A stretch of 8,121 nucleotides of DNA, taken from positions 1-8,121 of the forward strand of contig JADFSZ010000078.1 in assembly GCA_022560555.1 (NCBI GenBank), given 5' to 3'. This document shows positions 6,061-8,121 of the stretch, piece after piece (within the stretch, counting starts at the first letter, position 1; every line of letters begins with the position of its first letter). Below the pieces are notes generated by a model that saw only the letters and a list, made by a program, of their open reading frames with translations, was not told the origin of the DNA and did no database searches. The translations under genes were made by a program, and so were the position numbers. The stretch comes from PVC group bacterium. Lineage in GTDB: Bacteria > GCA-001730085 > JADFSZ01.

Positions 6061-7293
6061 ATGAACCCCTATCTCGTTTTTATCCTTTTTGTCCTCGTTG
6101 GAAGTTTTATTATTAGGTGCCTTGGGGATGTTTTGAACATTCGGAATAGTAAAAATCATATTCCTCAAGAGTTTGTGGGGGTTTATGACACCGACCTCTA
6201 CCAAAAGTCTCAAACCTATCTTAAAGAAAACACAGTTTTTTGTCTTGTCTCATCAGGCGTTTTTTTGGCTGTGCAAGTCATGTTTATCTGCTTGGGAGGG
6301 TTTGATAGTGTGGACAGACTAGCAAGATCGTTTTCCTTGTCTCATATTCCGACGGGGATGATTTTCGCGCTCAGCTGTTTTTTTCTTTACCAAATTGTGA
6401 GTTTACCATTCAGTGTTTATCGGACTTTTATTTTGGAAGAAAAGTATGGGTTTAACCGTACGAAGGCTAAAACATTTATTGGAGACCTTGTTAAAGGGTG
6501 GGTGTTGGTATTTTTTTTGGGGGGTCTGATCTGGAGCATTCTGTTGTGGCTGTTCGGAGCCTTAGGGGATAAAGCCTGGGCTGTTTGTTGGGGAGTTGTA
6601 GCTGTTTACGAATTGTTTATCATGACGATTGCTCCCGGGCTTATACTCCCTCTTTTTAACAAATTTCAACCCCTTGAGGCCGGGGAATTAAAAGACTCGA
6701 TTGAAGCCTATGCCAAAGAACAGGACTTTCGTATCAATGGAATTTTTGTGATGGATGGATCACGCCGATCAACAAAAACCAATGCTTTTTTTACGGGCTT
6801 TGGGAGATATAGGCGCATTGTTTTATTTGATACATTGATTCAAAATCATTCTGTGGATGAGCTTGTATCGGTTCTTGCGCATGAAGTTGGACATTACAAG
6901 AGAAGACATATTCAAAAGCACCTGGCTTTATCGATCGCGATTATGGGCATAATGTTTTATTTGATGGGGATTTTTATGAACCATCAGGGGCTGTTCGATG
7001 CCTTTCGTATGACACATACGTCTATTTACGCGGGGATCTTTTTCTTTGCTTATTTGTATGTTCCATTCGCTTTTTTTATTGGAATTTTAGAGAATGCTTT
7101 GTCAAGAAAACATGAATATGAAGCCGATGCCTTTGCGTGTCGAACCAGAAAAAACAAAGAATCTATGGGGACCGCTTTGAAAAAACTTGCGAAGGATAAT
7201 TTAAGTAATCTCACCCCTCATCCTCTTAAGATATGGCTTGAGTATAGCCACCCGCCTATTCTTGCACGATTGAAACATATCGAAGAACTCTGA
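6061..7293 (+). CDS. M48 family zinc metallopeptidase, Ste24 (CAAX-protease-like) type
   Basis: The 410-aa polytopic membrane protein carries HEVGH in LAHEVGHYKRRH and a downstream glutamate ligand region, KHEYEADAFA. The N-terminal multi-TM region, with EEKYGFN after the early TM helices, matches the Ste24 N-terminal domain pattern. Confidence 0.9.
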   Translation: MNPYLVFILFVLVGSFIIRCLGDVLNIRNSKNHIPQEFVGVYDTDLYQKSQTYLKENTVFCLVSSGVFLAVQVMFICLGGFDSVDRLARSFSLSHIPTGMIFALSCFFLYQIVSLPFSVYRTFILEEKYGFNRTKAKTFIGDLVKGWVLVFFLGGLIWSILLWLFGALGDKAWAVCWGVVAVYELFIMTIAPGLILPLFNKFQPLEAGELKDSIEAYAKEQDFRINGIFVMDGSRRSTKTNAFFTGFGRYRRIVLFDTLIQNHSVDELVSVLAHEVGHYKRRHIQKHLALSIAIMGIMFYLMGIFMNHQGLFDAFRMTHTSIYAGIFFFAYLYVPFAFFIGILENALSRKHEYEADAFACRTRKNKESMGTALKKLAKDNLSNLTPHPLKIWLEYSHPPILARLKHIEEL

Positions 7294-7475
7294 TGAAGGG
7301 GAATTAAAAAACTTTTAAAATAGGAAGGGCCGTGCAAATTTTTTAATTTTGTTTGATGATGAAAATTATAGAGATAAGTTTATTATAAAAGTTTCAAAAG
7401 GCGAAAAAGAAATCAAGCATAGCGTGGATTTTCTTACGCCAACACCGATTAAATTAATATTAAAGTAAAAATAAA

Positions 7476-8121
7476 ATGGAAAATCAAAATTCTGTCCCTA
7501 CTCGCCCCGATGAAGCTACGGCGGAGCAGGTAGTAGATGTTTCGAAGGGACAAAATCTAATGATTCCCGGCGCAATAATTCTTGCGGGTATCATAATTGC
7601 GGGAGCAGTAGTTTATTCTAACGGCTCTGCCTCCACGACAAATTTAGGGAACACCGGACAAGCGGCGATAGGAGGCAACGCGGGGGCCGCAGAAAATGTA
7701 AAACCAGTAACAAAGGACGACCATATTCGCGGAGACATAAATGCCCCAGTTACAATTGTAGAATTTTCGGATCTCCAGTGCCCATTTTGTAAAAGGTTCC
7801 ATGTAACAATGAAGCAGATTATAGAAAATTACGATGGTAAAGTTGCCTGGGTGTATAGGCATTTTCCCCTTGAGGCCATTCATTCAAGAGCGCGGGGAGA
7901 GGCTGAGGGAGCTGAGTGCGCGGCGGAATTGGGCGGTAACGATGCTTTCTGGGCATTTACAGACGCTATTTTTGAAGCAGAGCCAAATGTTAGCCTTGCG
8001 GATCTTCCACAAATCGCCGAAAGCGTAGGAGTCAATAAAATAGATTTTAAGACGTGTCTCGATGAAAGGCGCTATAAAGACGAGGTTCAGGCGGATCTTG
8101 ATGATGCTACAAATTCTGGCG
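7476..8121 (+). CDS. DsbA-like thiol:disulfide oxidoreductase (thioredoxin fold, CPFC active site), membrane-anchored; 3' end outside the window
   Basis: My own translation of frame 3 from ATG 7476 is open to the window edge and is missing from the ORF track. It reads MENQNSVPTRPDEATAEQVVDVSKGQNLMIPGAIILAGIIIAGAVVYSNGSASTT...DHIRGDINAPVTIVEFSDLQCPFCKRFH...KVAWVYRHFPLEAIHSRA...AECAAELGGNDAFWAFTDAIF.... The domain resembles the BdbD/Thioredoxin_4 type. An alternative start is ATG 7560, with AGGGA 9 nt upstream, directly before the TM helix. Confidence 0.85.
   Translation, partial: MENQNSVPTRPDEATAEQVVDVSKGQNLMIPGAIILAGIIIAGAVVYSNGSASTTNLGNTGQAAIGGNAGAAENVKPVTKDDHIRGDINAPVTIVEFSDLQCPFCKRFHVTMKQIIENYDGKVAWVYRHFPLEAIHSRARGEAEGAECAAELGGNDAFWAFTDAIFEAEPNVSLADLPQIAESVGVNKIDFKTCLDERRYKDEVQADLDDATNSG

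Noticed and set aside
4914-6213. Antisense ORFs 4914-5102(-), 5395-5676(-) and 5968-6213(-).
   Set aside because: They overlap the better-supported TPR, STAS and M48 frames on the opposite strand. They have no RBS or domains.
7644-8028. ORF-track entries 7644-7883(-) and 7834-8028(+).
   Set aside because: Both overlap the frame-3 DsbA-like ORF, which has a clear CPFC thioredoxin motif. They are off-frame or antisense artefacts.
1-8121. CRISPR arrays, long tandem repeats, IS elements and rRNA genes.
   Set aside because: Reading both strands, I found no spaced direct repeats, terminal inverted repeats flanking a transposase, or rRNA-like segments.

Overview
The window is a tightly packed, single-strand (+) block of mostly housekeeping-type genes from a low-GC bacterium. 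I cannot assign a taxon from the sequence alone. In order it contains: the 3' end of glyS; pyruvate phosphate dikinase (ppdK); a compact sigma-70 family sigma factor; adenine phosphoribosyltransferase (apt); a tRNA-Arg(CCT) that starts on the base after the apt stop codon; a 271-bp spacer with strong secondary-structure potential; a membrane-anchored TPR protein; a STAS-domain protein; a Ste24-like M48 zinc metallopeptidase; and a membrane-anchored DsbA-like oxidoreductase that is absent from the ORF track because it runs off the 3' edge. I see no transposase, integrase, CRISPR array, restriction, toxin or other recognisable defence or mobile genes, so I do not claim a novel multi-gene system. 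The most unexplained sequence is the structured spacer at 4673-4943. It has a 21-bp near-perfect helix whose loop carries a Shine-Dalgarno motif and an ATG. Secondary points are a 30-residue polybasic N-terminal extension on PPDK that the sequence forces to be translated, a sigma factor embedded in a metabolic/tRNA operon, and an orphan STAS gene between two membrane-protein genes. All functional calls rest on my recognition of conserved motifs in the supplied translations; no database search was run.
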